A DNA stretch of 64,000 nucleotides from Octopus bimaculoides (GCF_001194135.2 NC_068990.1:18188613-18252612); one strand, 5' to 3'; numbered from the stretch's first letter, positions 27,004 to 38,729 are shown. Numbers and translations: made by a program. The notes: generated by a model not told the origin, from the sequence alone.

Positions 27004-28400
27004 ATGCTTGGCTGTTTTGGTTGTAACGTGACGAATGAAGCAAAAAAGTTACCAAAGTATTGTAAAACGTTTGACTCAACGTAATACCAACATGTATATA
27101 TACTGATACACAGAAACATATATGTATTGCAAACCTCTATATATCTCTGCAACATTTTATTACTTGCAGGACTTTATTGTTATTTCGAATTATTTTCTCA
27201 ATTTTTATGCACGTTTTGTAGATGCATTTTTACCAGTTATCGCTTCACTTTCAACTAACATAAATATTCGAAATTAAAATTTTTTCTCTATTTAAGATGA
27301 CATTTTTCAACCAAAGGTATTTGGTTTTTTACAATGAAATTTCTTTGTTACTTTATTATATTAAATCTATCCCTTATTTTCTTATGCTTTTCTTGAAACA
27401 TTTTTTAATTGAGTCTTTCCCTCTTTTCAATGTGCCGGCCATAAATAACTTTTGGTTGGATGGATGTTACTTGTTCACTGTAAGGTATGCTATATATATA
27501 TATATATATACATGTAGATACACATACACACACACACGCACACACACACATATATTAACATAGATATGCATATGTATAGATATATACATACACACATATA
27601 TATTTATAAAGTGGGTGCATAAATCTATTCCGAATTTTATTAAAAGCGCTTTTAAGAACCGAATCTATTTGTGTTTTGTATGAAAGCCAGCATTAAACTT
27701 GTAGTGTGTGCTGTAATATTTTATTCTCTTTTGCATTGTTATTAATGTGTGGAAGATAGGACCAGCATTAGTTATATGTTAAGGAGTTTAATTTTCAGTT
27801 TCTCTCAGTCTGAAGAGAACTCTTTCTGTAAACTATGATGTAACGGTTTGATTTTCAGCAGTTAATCAGTAAATAATGACTCAACAGGATCGCATACCTT
27901 AGGAAATTCTTTGTATTTTAATCCAAGTAGTTGATAACTGTTTTAGAATGTGTGTGTGTGTGCGTGCGTGTTGAATTTCAATCAACTAAAGATAGTTAGA
28001 CAGGCCGCATGAAGTTTTAATCTTCATTTAGAGCATCTATGCTCTTCAATTACTTTAAAATTGTGAAAACATTATTACTTGTGATATTTTCAGTTATCAC
28101 GTCATATAGAATTTTGAATCTTGTGTCGGAAAGTCCATTGAAAATAGCTGCAAACGGGGAAACCCATTTTCCTGTACGTTGGTATGTCCTTACTTTTTAC
28201 AGAATTCATAGCCTTACTGGTTCTTCTTCAGAAGGTTCGTCCTATTTTTGAAGGGAAATGGTGAGCTCTCATATGGGTAACCGAAATATAAATTCATTTC
28301 ATAAAGGTGGTACTGTAAGATATCGATTAGTGGTTGATAATCATCATACATTCTCATTTGTAATCTCATAACTGCAACTGCAAACACACAGAGGGGCAAA

Positions 28401-28611
28401 TATTGGTTCCTGGCAAAAGATCAGCAATTCCGGGAGAGGGGCTAGGTGGGTTACATCAACTGCAGTGCTCAACTGGTACTTATTTTATTGACATCGACAG
28501 GATGAAAGGCAAAGTCGGCCTCGGTGGAATTTGATCTCAAAACTTATAGATGGACGAAATGTTGCTAAACATTTTGCCCGGTTTGCTAACGATTCCACCA
28601 TCTCACTCCTT
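28401..28611 (-). mobile_element. SINE family B
   Basis: ctcaactggtacttattttattgac...ggatgaaaggcaaagtcggcctcggtggaatttga...gctaacgattcc. Confidence 0.9.
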
Positions 28612-28760
28612 TGGTGTAACCGAAATAATAAAATGACAAAAAAAAAAATCATTTCATAAAGCTGTTAATATAAGATATCGATTCAGGGGTTAATTATTTT
28701 CATGCATATAATTTGTAATTTCCCAACGCCAACTGCAAACATACACACACTCTCTCTGTG

Positions 28761-28802
<42 letters not shown>

Positions 28803-29007
28803 ACTCTCTGTCTCACACACTCACAAATACACACACACTCACAAATACACACACACTAATAATTTATGTTTTGTTTGTATGTCGAATTATAATAAGAAGC
28901 TAATTTACATTAAATTGACCAGTTACTCAATGCAGTTTTGTAGAGCACATATGTGCACGTGGTGACTGATATCTGGTGTGTGTATTTGTGTGCGCGTGTG
29001 TGTGTAC

Positions 29008-29049
<42 letters not shown>

Positions 29050-29051
<2 letters not shown>

Positions 29052-29235
29052 ACGAAACGCGGAGTAGATGGAACAGGGACAACTGACGAAGGGATGTACT
29101 CTTTATGTTGCACGTCTCGTTTCTCTGTTTTTTTCGTTGTTCGAAAAAAGCTCGTTCTCTGTTTTCGTTTCTCATTGTTTAACGTTTTTTTTGTTGATGT
29201 CCTGTACCCATATATGCATGTATGTATACACATAC
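29050..29235 (-). mobile_element. Second copy of the 26175-26362 element, opposite orientation
   Basis: cgcggagtagatg...gacaactgacgaagggat...tctcgtttctct...cgttgttcgaaaaaa...gatgtcctgtacccatatatgcatgtat. Confidence 0.75.
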
Positions 29236-30000
29236 GCCTGTATATGATCGATGGTCATCCACAATTTGTATATTTACACGTATACGAGTTTCGTGTTGGC
29301 AAACTACCTCCGGTCGCATGCATTAGTATGCATATGTGTGTCTATGCACGCGATATGTTCGTGTGTGTGCGTGATATCAGACTCATAGTAAGTAGTGAGC
29401 GGATCATTGAGATTATTCCACATACACATTTCAGAGAACTTATTTAATATTTGAATGACTCTGCCTTCATAGCAACTGCTTTTGAACAAAAGACAAACTT
29501 CCCACTTTTAAAAGATGTTTCAAATATTTATTTTTCAATCAAGAATTCCTTTTGTAAAGATTTCAGATATCCTTTATACGTTTTAATAAATATATAAATA
29601 CGTAGCAACCATTTTCTAAAGATTTCTAAAATATCCAGGGAAAACTGTTTTCTTTCCCCTTTCTTAATATAATAGGTTTTTAAGAAATCCATTCCGATTC
29701 ATTGCAGGAGTTTAAGAACCTTCATTATTTAGGTCCTTTCACTAAAATCTAGGAATATAGAAGAATTATCTTTTTTCTCTATTTCTTCATATTTGTGACG
29801 ACTAAAAGATCTAATGATTGCGTGTCGGACCAGAGTGCTGTAGGTCTATTGATGTCCTCGCGCTCTCTTGTTATACGTACGTACGTACGTATGTATGTAT
29901 GCATGTATATGCATAGCTATGTATATATATATATAAATGAACAGAATGAGATAAAATATCCAAGGCTGTGAATAGTTTTCAGAACATTTATAAAGAGAAG

Positions 30001-30048
30001 GTCTTACAGCTGTTTCCGGGATATTTTATATATCCCTTCATCAGAGAC
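30001..30048 (-). ncRNA. Minimal type I hammerhead (identical to 30582-30629; possibly an assembly duplicate)
   Basis: Lies within 29918-30072, which is identical to 30499-30653 across the gap. Confidence 0.5.
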
Positions 30049-30581
30049 GGTACGAGAAAATGTTTAAGTAACNNNNNNNNNNNNNNNNNNNNNNNNNNNN
30101 NNNNNNNNNNNNNNNNNNNNNNNNNNNNNNNNNNNNNNNNNNNNNNNNNNNNNNNNNNNNNNNNNNNNNNNNNNNNNNNNNNNNNNNNNNNNNNNNNNNN
30201 NNNNNNNNNNNNNNNNNNNNNNNNNNNNNNNNNNNNNNNNNNNNNNNNNNNNNNNNNNNNNNNNNNNNNNNNNNNNNNNNNNNNNNNNNNNNNNNNNNNN
30301 NNNNNNNNNNNNNNNNNNNNNNNNNNNNNNNNNNNNNNNNNNNNNNNNNNNNNNNNNNNNNNNNNNNNNNNNNNNNNNNNNNNNNNNNNNNNNNNNNNNN
30401 NNNNNNNNNNNNNNNNNNNNNNNNNNNNNNNNNNNNNNNNNNNNNNNNNNNNNNNNNNNNNNNNNNNNNNNNNNNNNNNNNNNNNNNNNNNNNNTATATA
30501 TGTATATATATATATAAATGAACAGAATGAGATAAAATATCCAAGGCTGTGAATAGTTTTCAGAACATTTATAAAGAGAAG

Positions 30582-30629
30582 GTCTTACAGCTGTTTCCGG
30601 GATATTTTATATATCCCTTCATCAGAGAC
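30582..30629 (-). ncRNA. Minimal type I hammerhead, left arm of palindrome
   Basis: GTCT-CTGATGA-A-GGGATAT-ATAAA-ATATCCC-G-GAAA-CAGCTG-TA-AGAC: 4-bp helix I, 7-bp helix II with an extra A/G at its base, palindromic AGCU loop on helix III, GUA site. Confidence 0.75.
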
Positions 30630-30925
30630 GGTACGAGAAAATGTTTAAGTAACAGTTATTATAGAGAAGATATGAAATATATTGTGAAGTGGAGGAATGA
30701 AAACAGACGTGAGATATGTAAGGATATTGTATTTGCAGTTCCATTGTTTAAGCCGAATGGTGTGTATATAAGTTACAGGAAACTTATATATACTCCATTC
30801 TGCTCAAATAATGGAACTGCACATACAATATCCTTACGTATCTCACGTCTGTATCCATTCCTCCACTTCACTCTGTATTTCATATCTTCTCTATAATAAC
30901 TATTACTTTAACATTTTCTCGCACC

Positions 30926-30973
30926 GTTTCTGATGAAGGGATATAGTAAATATTCCGGAAACAGCTGTATGAC
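30926..30973 (+). ncRNA. Minimal type I hammerhead, right arm of palindrome (helix I degraded)
   Basis: GTTT-CTGATGA-A-GGGATAT-AGTAA-ATATTCC-G-GAAA-CAGCTG-TA-TGAC: core intact, helix II has a G-U pair, helix I has a U-U mismatch next to the cleavage site. Confidence 0.65.
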
Positions 30974-31179
30974 CTTCTATTTATAAATGTTCTGCAAACT
31001 ATTCACAGCCTTGGATATTTTATCTCATTCTGTTAATTTTATATAGATGTATGATAATATACCACCTATGTTAGACTCGTCATTCGTACCATTATCGAAC
31101 CTGGAGCTTAACTATAGTCTGTACATAAGACATAGCATTACCTGACACCTTTGGGTCTTCTTGACATCAATACCTCTTA

Positions 31180-31241
<62 letters not shown>

Positions 31242-31935
31242 CATACGTATATATGTATGTATACACCCACACACACACACAAACACGCCTGTGTACGTGT
31301 GCATGTGTGTTTGCATGTGTAAAGCTGTCCTTTTGGTTACTTGAAGATTGCTTTTTGACTCTTCAGAGACATATTCCGCAAAAGCAGTCTACGTATATCG
31401 CATAACTTCCTCCTTTTGTACATCTGTGCAGATGACTGCCAAGTACATTCTCCAATGTCTCTAATATAGTGGCATAACTCAGTTTCAAAACCATCACACC
31501 TTTTACAAAGAACGATTCCATAGAATAGAGAACATTTTCTTTATACCTATATACACCATGATTTTGAAACGTATACTGAGTTACGCTAACTCCTCCATAA
31601 CCACAGCTACCATTCACTACATTATTTCGATTTGCTAAAACGTCTCCTTCTCTTCTGTGTATGGAGAAGAACCGAATCCGAAAAACAAAAGTCGAAAACA
31701 TCTACGTAGACTCTTATTTATTTTTGTCGTATCTCTTGTATACTTCCCGCTTCTAATATGTTAGAGGCTTCGCTCTTTAATATGGGTAGGTTATTTACAA
31801 TGAAAAATAGTCAATGAACAATGAAGAAAGCTTGCTATGCGAACACCAATCGAGCAGGGGTTTTCTTGTATTTTCTGTTATATACTTTAGTTGGTTTTTA
31901 TGACAATAACCAAGCTCTTTATTGAGGATAGGTTT

Positions 31936-32033
31936 CTAAAATTCTAGAAATAGTAGAGGAAGCTTACCAAAAAACCACCACCTAAAATTCTAGAAATAGT
32001 AGAGGAAGCTTACCAAAAAACCACCAACTAAAA
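31936..32033 (+). repeat. 46-bp direct tandem duplication
   Basis: ctaaaattctagaaatagtagaggaagcttaccaaaaaaccacca(c/a) twice, then ctaaaa. Confidence 0.95.
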
Positions 32034-32297
32034 CAACCCTTTTCTTAGCTTAGTAAAATACTTGTATTGATTCGACACTTAATCCGAGTAATTTGTACCT
32101 TCCCAAGTTTACTGACGTCGACTCTAATTTTGGAAATGTGAGTGGATTTACGAACTTCGTGGAGAGGAGGGCTCACAATAACACCAGAATAGCACCGCAA
32201 TTAACTCCACTTTACGCCTTCTTTATATTGCTTGAGTATTTAGTCTCGTATTTCAAGGCGTCATCTTCGACACTTTAACCATTACGTCTTGCTATGA

Positions 32298-32422
32298 TTC
32301 TTTATTTTATCGACTCCGAAAGGTTGAAAAGAAAGTCGGCCTCAGTGGGATTTGAACCTAGAGTGCAGATTGACAGAACAAATATCACAAAACGTTTTGT
32401 TCCACCCTTTACCGATTCGGCT
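32298..32422 (-). mobile_element. SINE family B fragment
   Basis: ttattttatcgactccgaaaggttgaaaagaaagtcggcctcagtgggatttgaac. Confidence 0.8.
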
Positions 32423-32761
32423 TATGAAATAATTAGCGACTACACTTCATTGTCAGAAGTGGTATCCTCTACAGCTGTTGTGTAAACGCTGGTGAATGTT
32501 TCTCCAAATCATAGTGACGCAACCTATGAGACAGCTATGTTAAAATTGTCCTAATTTATTTTTTTATATGAAACTCTCTCTAGAAATACTACGTGCTCTA
32601 TGATCGTTAATCACTCAAAGAAGAGATAATACTAACAAAATATATATGATGATCTAATTTGTTTTCAAGTTGATACAAAATGAATTATTGTATGGAAGTT
32701 AGTCGTAAGGGTTGTATCGACTTTATTATTTCAATATAACATAGGTTTCTTTTTAGTAGGT

Positions 32762-32871
<110 letters not shown>

Positions 32872-33442
32872 TATACATTCTAGTTAGAGTAGCTATGGAA
32901 TGCTATAACTTTTATGTCATTCTCGAAGAAAATAGTGACAGAAGAGAAGTATATTGGCTTCATTGAATAATCGCATCATTCTCGACACCACGGCTTGATG
33001 ACAGCTTAATTCTTGCTCTATATCATACCATAATGCTGCACATTCTTGGTTTCATGTTTCCGAGTTATAGATTCTTTATATTTTAGGAATAGAAAAGATT
33101 ATATGTTTTGACATTCATGCCTATCTCATTGGTGTTCTCAGTGTTTTTGTAACGAATTGCTGTCGAATGGGAATTAAAATCATATCACCGTCTCGATCCG
33201 CCATTGACTCACCTACCTCCATATAAGACTCCTGATAATCTTGTTTTTTTCCGGGTCGACTGAAGTATATATTACAAATGACAGCCCCCGACTGGCGGGT
33301 CGGGAGCATGACAAAATATCAGTGGAATAGTTTAACAATATTCAATAAATTTCATACGTCATGATCACAACGAATATTTAACTAGAACACATAATCATAT
33401 AACTATAAAATATTCAGTCGTCTATTAATTCTGGTATTGTAA

Positions 33443-33622
33443 TCTCGATTGCAAGATCGTGGTTTCGATTCCAGGACCGGGCGTTGCTCCAATCCCTTCA
33501 TATGCAAATGAGTATCCCTGTAAGAGACTGGCCTCCTGTTGGAGGAAAACATAGTGATCTCGGTCTCTTATAGGCCGTAGAAACTGAATAACTGGCTCTA
33601 AGAGTTCTAGGGCTCGAGACAG
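33443..33622 (+). mobile_element. SINE family C, internally deleted
   Basis: gatcgtggtttcgattccaggaccgggcgttgctcc...gcaaatgagtatccctg...tagaaactg...ggctcgaga. Confidence 0.7.
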
Positions 33623-33689
33623 TAGTATACAGAGTGACATACTACATCTGTAAACATGTACAGAGTTAATATGATGGTAGCTCCGTCAT

Positions 33690-33906
33690 GGCGTTGAACT
33701 AGCAGAATCGTCAGTACACCGGGCGATATGCTTTGCAACATTTCGTTCGTTTTACGTTCTGAGTTCGAATTCCACCGAAGTTCAGTTTTCCTATCATCTT
33801 TTCGGAGTCAATAAAATAAGTACCAGGTGAACGCGGTGGGGAGGTGATGTAATCGACTTACACCTCCTATAAAATTGCTAGCTTTGTGTGAAGATTTGAA
33901 ACCAAT
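33690..33906 (+). mobile_element. SINE family B
   Basis: gcagaatcgtcagtacaccgggcg...ttacgttctgagttcgaattccacc...aataagtaccagg...gatgtaatcgact...tttgaaaccaat. Confidence 0.9.
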
Positions 33907-34332
33907 ATGATGGTAGCTTCATTGTTTTGGATATATAAGTTCAAATCTTTTTGAGAAGAACGATTGGTTAAGACAATATTATTTGTTATAGGCATATCAT
34001 ATGAATACTAAACTTTTCAGTAATGTCAACAGTGCCCAATATATTCTCTGATTCACTGCCGTAATATTAGTAATAAAAATAATTAAACGTCTGATAAATC
34101 ATCTCGTCTGATTGATTCTTTAGTTCCTACTCTAACCAATAGAACATTTTCCTTACTTGTACTAAAATATCCACTTCCTGATTAGTTCAATAATCGAATG
34201 TCTGTTATAATTACTTGTTGATTATGAAACTACATTCACGAAATAATTTGTTTCTTCGCTTGATAGAAGGAGCAACACGCAACTGTAACCTGTCTCACAT
34301 TTTCATAGTAACAAACCAATTATTGAAACTAA

Positions 34333-34411
34333 TCACACACACACATACACGCACAGACACACACACACACACGCGCACAGACACAGACACACAAACACAG
34401 ACACAGACACA

Positions 34412-34497
<86 letters not shown>
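34333..34497. repeat. (CA)n/(CAGACA)n microsatellite
   Basis: Directly visible. Confidence 0.95.
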
Positions 34498-34498
<1 letters not shown>

Positions 34499-34630
34499 GT
34501 GAATAGACAAATGAAAGAAGTACCACTCAACATATTTGGTCGAAGTTACACGAATCTGAGTTAGGTCCGTTGGACGAGCCTACGATACTTTATATACTAC
34601 GATAAGCTGTATTTGACCAAATAATAATGT

Positions 34631-34667
<37 letters not shown>

Positions 34668-34709
34668 ACATTCATACACAAGCGCGCGCACACACACGCG
34701 TCCCCAACA

Positions 34710-34972
34710 CACACTTAAACTAGCCTGCAAGTGACTGAGCACTCCATAAGTAGGCTTACTCTTAACGTAGTTCCCAGAGAGGCTCAGCGTAACAGAACCT
34801 GTGACAAGGCGGGCCTTTGAAATGCAGGTACTACTCATTTTTGCCAGCTGAGTGGAACGGAGCAACGTGAAATAAACTGACTTGTTCAAGGACACAACGC
34901 GCTACCGGAAATGGAAATCATGACTTACGATCGTTAGCACAATACCTCTAACCACTGAGCCACGAACCTTCA
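34710..34972 (-). mobile_element. SINE family C, long-tail variant
   Basis: ctcatttttgccagctgagtgg..ggagcaacgtgaaataa...tcaaggacacaacgcg...acgatcgt...taaccactgagccacg; tRNA-like head at the right end. Confidence 0.88.
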
Positions 34973-35465
34973 TAATACATACATACATTGAAGCAAACTA
35001 TTGAAAACTAAATTTTAAGTGAAATGAAATATAATCAGTAAATGGTATTTTGACTGGAGGTTACGAATCAACTGAACAATATTGACATGAACAATAATTT
35101 CTACAACATTTTGTTTCTATACGAAGATTCATATCTCAAGCGATGTACACTGAAATGAAAAACCTGATATTGTATAGACAATGTATTTCGTATAATAAAA
35201 CTAGTTATATTGTTTTGTCATTACATACATTGTATACTCATGATTAACCCACTGGTGGTGAAGCTTGTATGATTTCTCTGTAGAATCATTTTACTTGTCT
35301 TACTCATTATACTTGTAGTTTAAGTCGGTTGCTGATAACTGAAATTGATCGTCTGCTATAAATTGAATAAACATTGCTACAGTATACTGTTCATTTTACA
35401 TTTCGATTATGAAGTCGAACGTATATGGAGAGGCAAAATTGAATGATATGAGTTCGTGTCTGATC

Positions 35466-35640
35466 GAACATGATTTCGAGCATGTCAAACATGATTTCGA
35501 GTCAAACATGATTTCGAGTCAAACATGATTTCGAGTCAAACATGATTTCGAGTCAAACATGATTTCGAGTCAAACATGATTTCGAGTCAAACATGATTTC
35601 GAGTCAAAAGTGATTTTGAAGTCAAACATGATTTCGAGCA
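35466..35640. repeat. 17-bp minisatellite (GTCAAACATGATTTCGA)n
   Basis: Seven perfect units at 35484-35602, one degenerate 18-nt unit, one more perfect unit at 35621-35637, partial unit upstream. Confidence 0.97.
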
Positions 35641-36160
35641 TGGAAATAAATGATTTTTATGGAGTACGTATAGTTTGTTAGGGTAAGAAGATTACAGGCG
35701 AAGCCAGCCATGTGGAGCACCCATATATCTATATTGTCGTCGTAACTTTGTGGGTATGTTCTGCTTGAAGACAACAACACATTTTACGATGTTGGTGTGC
35801 CATGTTACGTGTTTTAGTTTGCGTTTTACAGGCAGCACACTGTCTTTACCGACACAATTCAGCTAGAAATGCTGTGCACAGATTTAGCATTCTCTCTATC
35901 CAGCGTATGAACATATTATATTCATTCTTTCACAACTTAGAACACTTACTTCATTAATATCTCAGAACTAGATTTTACTATAAAAAAAAATAACAAGTAG
36001 ATTTACTTCTGATGTTTTGATGAATTAGCACAGTACGATATCTCTTGGTCGACAAAGTGGAAATAAAATGTTTTAAAGATTTCCTTTGGCGGCGTTATGA
36101 TGGCATTTGTTTTATGTCCGTAGATATTCTGTACACTTGTTCCATAAGTTCTTTTTGCAA

Positions 36161-36322
36161 GCGCAGGTGTGGCTCTGCGGTAAAAATTTCCTTTCCCAAC
36201 CACATGGTTCAGTATTCAATCACACTGCGTGGCACTTTGCATAATATCTTCTGGCATAGTCTCAGATCGACTAAAGACTTGTGAGTGGATTTTGTAGTCG
36301 GAAAGTAAAAGAAACCCGTTGT
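36161..36322 (+). mobile_element. SINE family A 5' half
   Basis: gcaggtgtggctctgcggtaa...caaccacatggttcag...actgcgtggcactttg...ttgtgagtggattt. Confidence 0.85.
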
Positions 36323-36413
36323 CAAAATATATTATTGAGTGAAATGTTTTGAAATATTTTGGCAACTTATTTGCCAAATTTGTAGGATTATAAAGAAAAG
36401 CATCCTAGCATTC

Positions 36414-36544
36414 ATAGTAGTGACCATCCTATTGCACCGTCTGAAGCTAACTTTCTGTCAGTTCCTTGATCCCACGCTGGTAACAGTTCTTGACCTCTGA
36501 GAAGATCTTCGCTGAAGCTTCCACTACCTCTTGGCTGATGAAAC
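36414..36544 (+). repeat. Unclassified dispersed repeat (family E)
   Basis: Homolog of 26883-27003 in the opposite orientation. Confidence 0.75.
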
Positions 36545-36610
36545 CCCTCTCTCTCTCTATATATATATGTCTGTGTGTGTGGGTGTGTGTGTGTGGGTGT
36601 GTGTGTGTGG

Positions 36611-36641
<31 letters not shown>

Positions 36642-36760
36642 TGTGTGTGTGTGGGTGTGTGTGTGTGGGTGTGTGTGCCTGTATATATATAAAGTGCAGA
36701 CTGGTGCACGAGAACAACAAGGAAGTGTATTAGTTTGACGCTCGGGAAAAATGAAAAATT

Positions 36761-36796
36761 CTTTTACGTTTCGAGCCTACGCTCTTCAACAGAAAG
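36761..36796 (-). ncRNA. Ultra-minimal hammerhead-like motif with core variant
   Basis: CTTT-CTGTTGAA-GAGC-GTAG-GCTC-GAAA-CG-TA-AAAG: 4-bp helices I and II; A6 replaced by U; helix III reduced to the ACGU palindrome. Confidence 0.45.
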
Positions 36797-37047
36797 GAAT
36801 AAGAGAAAATATACAGAGTGAGAATGAAAAAAATTGTTTATTACAGCTATCCAACATGTTGAATGATTGGAAAAAAAGAGAGTGAAAGAAAGGGGTATAA
36901 TTAAAAAAAGCGGTTGAATGAAAGGGACATAATAAAGTGATAGTGATCCCAATAAGAAGGGCGCGTGCGTTTGTGTATATGTGAGAATGGTGTGTGTGAG
37001 CATGTAAGTGTGTGGGTGTGAATAGGGATGAATGACTCTGACGTTTG

Positions 37048-37079
<32 letters not shown>

Positions 37080-37751
37080 CGTGTGCGTGCGTGTATATCA
37101 TGTGTGTAGCAGCTGATGCGTACCTCTTTAGGTGCAGTGTGCAAATATGTGTGTGTGTCTGTGATTAGACAGTGTGCATGTATATGGTGTATATTTATGG
37201 GCGAAAGTTATCTTTGTCTATGTATGTTGTGTGTGTTAATGCGTGTTGCTTGTGTATGTATATATAGCATGTGTTCTGGTATTATGTGCTTGTGTGGGTG
37301 TGGAAGAATACAACAAGGAGAAAAGTTAGACGAAAGCAGAGTAAACGGAAAATTAAAAGAAAACTAAACGGACGGGATATTAGACATCCACAAGATACAC
37401 AGGTCATTCGTTTTGCGTTTTTCTCGTCAATCAAGGACGCAAAATATCATAACAGTTTCATGCCAATAACCTTTGATACTGTTCAATTTTGCAGGTGCCA
37501 ATACTTTTATTGAGCTACAGGGAAAAAGCAAGTGAATGTATGCTAAGACAGAAACAAACAAGACATTATACAAATACAACAGACAACGAATTACGAATAT
37601 ATAATAGCACGAAACCTTGCGGCCATATACGGAGGAAGAGAAAAAAAAATTATACATACAGCGCAAATACAAGCGAAAGAGTTTTGCAGCTGTCGAGCAA
37701 ACTAAGTGGGGTTGGACAAAGTGAAAATAGAGTGAGTCCTATATCTATCTA

Positions 37752-37785
<34 letters not shown>

Positions 37786-37795
37786 CATCCATCTT

Positions 37796-37828
<33 letters not shown>

Positions 37829-38139
37829 TTGTATATATATATATANNNNNNNNNNNNNNNNNNNNNNNNNNNNNNNNNNNNNNNNNNNNNNNNNNNNNNN
37901 NNNNNNNNNNNNNNNNNNNNNNNNNNNNNNNNNNNNNNNNNNNNNNNNNNNNNNNNNNNNNNNNNNNNNNNNNNNNNNNNNNNNNNNNNNNNNNNNNNNN
38001 NNNNNNNNNNNNNNNNNNNNNNNNNNNNNNNNNNNNNNNNNNNNNNNNNNNNNNNNNNNNNNNNNNNNNNNNNNNNNNNNNNNNNNNNNNNNNNNNNNNN
38101 NNNNNNNNNNNNNNNNNNNNNNNNNNNNNNNNNNNNNNN

Positions 38140-38729
38140 ATGGACTCGTACGAAGTTTGAATTGTTTCCAAAGGGATTTTTGTCCATTCTTCTGCAAAAA
38201 GCAGTCTCCAGTTCTTGTAGTGATGATGGTAGAGGATATCCACTCCTTACTTGTTTTTCTAAAATGCACCATTAATGTTCAATAATATTGGGATCTGGGG
38301 ACTGTGGTGGCCAGATAAGATGTTCAACTTCACTAGAATGTTCTTCGTGCCATTCAATAACAACTTTAGCTGTGTGAATTGGTGCATTATCATCCTGAAA
38401 GATTGCGTTTCCCCCCGGAAACAGTTCTGCAACCATGGGATGACTTTGATAAGATAAAATACTTAAATGATCTTGACTATTCTGCAATGAAGGCAAACCA
38501 TTGGGTCAGCGGATTTCCAAGATATATCTCCCCAAATCATCACAGATCCTCCTCCATGTTTTACAGTTGGAAGAAGGCAGTCTGGTTCAGACGCTTCTTT
38601 TGGCTGTCTCCACACGTATATTCGGTCGGTGGTTGGAAATAAGGTAAAGAATGACTCGTCCAAGAAAATTATATTCTTCTACTGCTCTAGGATCAATTCG
38701 GTAGGTTTTTTACTCCACTCTAAACGCTT
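38140..38729 (-). mobile_element. Tc1-like transposase catalytic-domain relic with DD36E spacing
   Basis: KRLEWSK...EQ*KNIIFLDESFFTLF...VWRQP...PTVKHGGGSVMIWG...IFQDDNAPIHTAK...WPPQSPDPNIIEH*WCILEKQVR...; 36 residues between the second catalytic D and E; contains stops and frameshifts. Confidence 0.93.

Larger units (their letters stand above)
30511..31044. repeat. ~534-bp palindromic (fold-back) element
   Basis: 30511-30774 is the reverse complement of 30781-31044 at roughly 90% or better identity by eye; 6-nt centre acagga (30775-30780). Confidence 0.95.

Noticed and set aside
35466-35640. CRISPR-like array
   Set aside because: The 17-bp units are contiguous with no spacers, the context is eukaryotic, and there are no cas genes.
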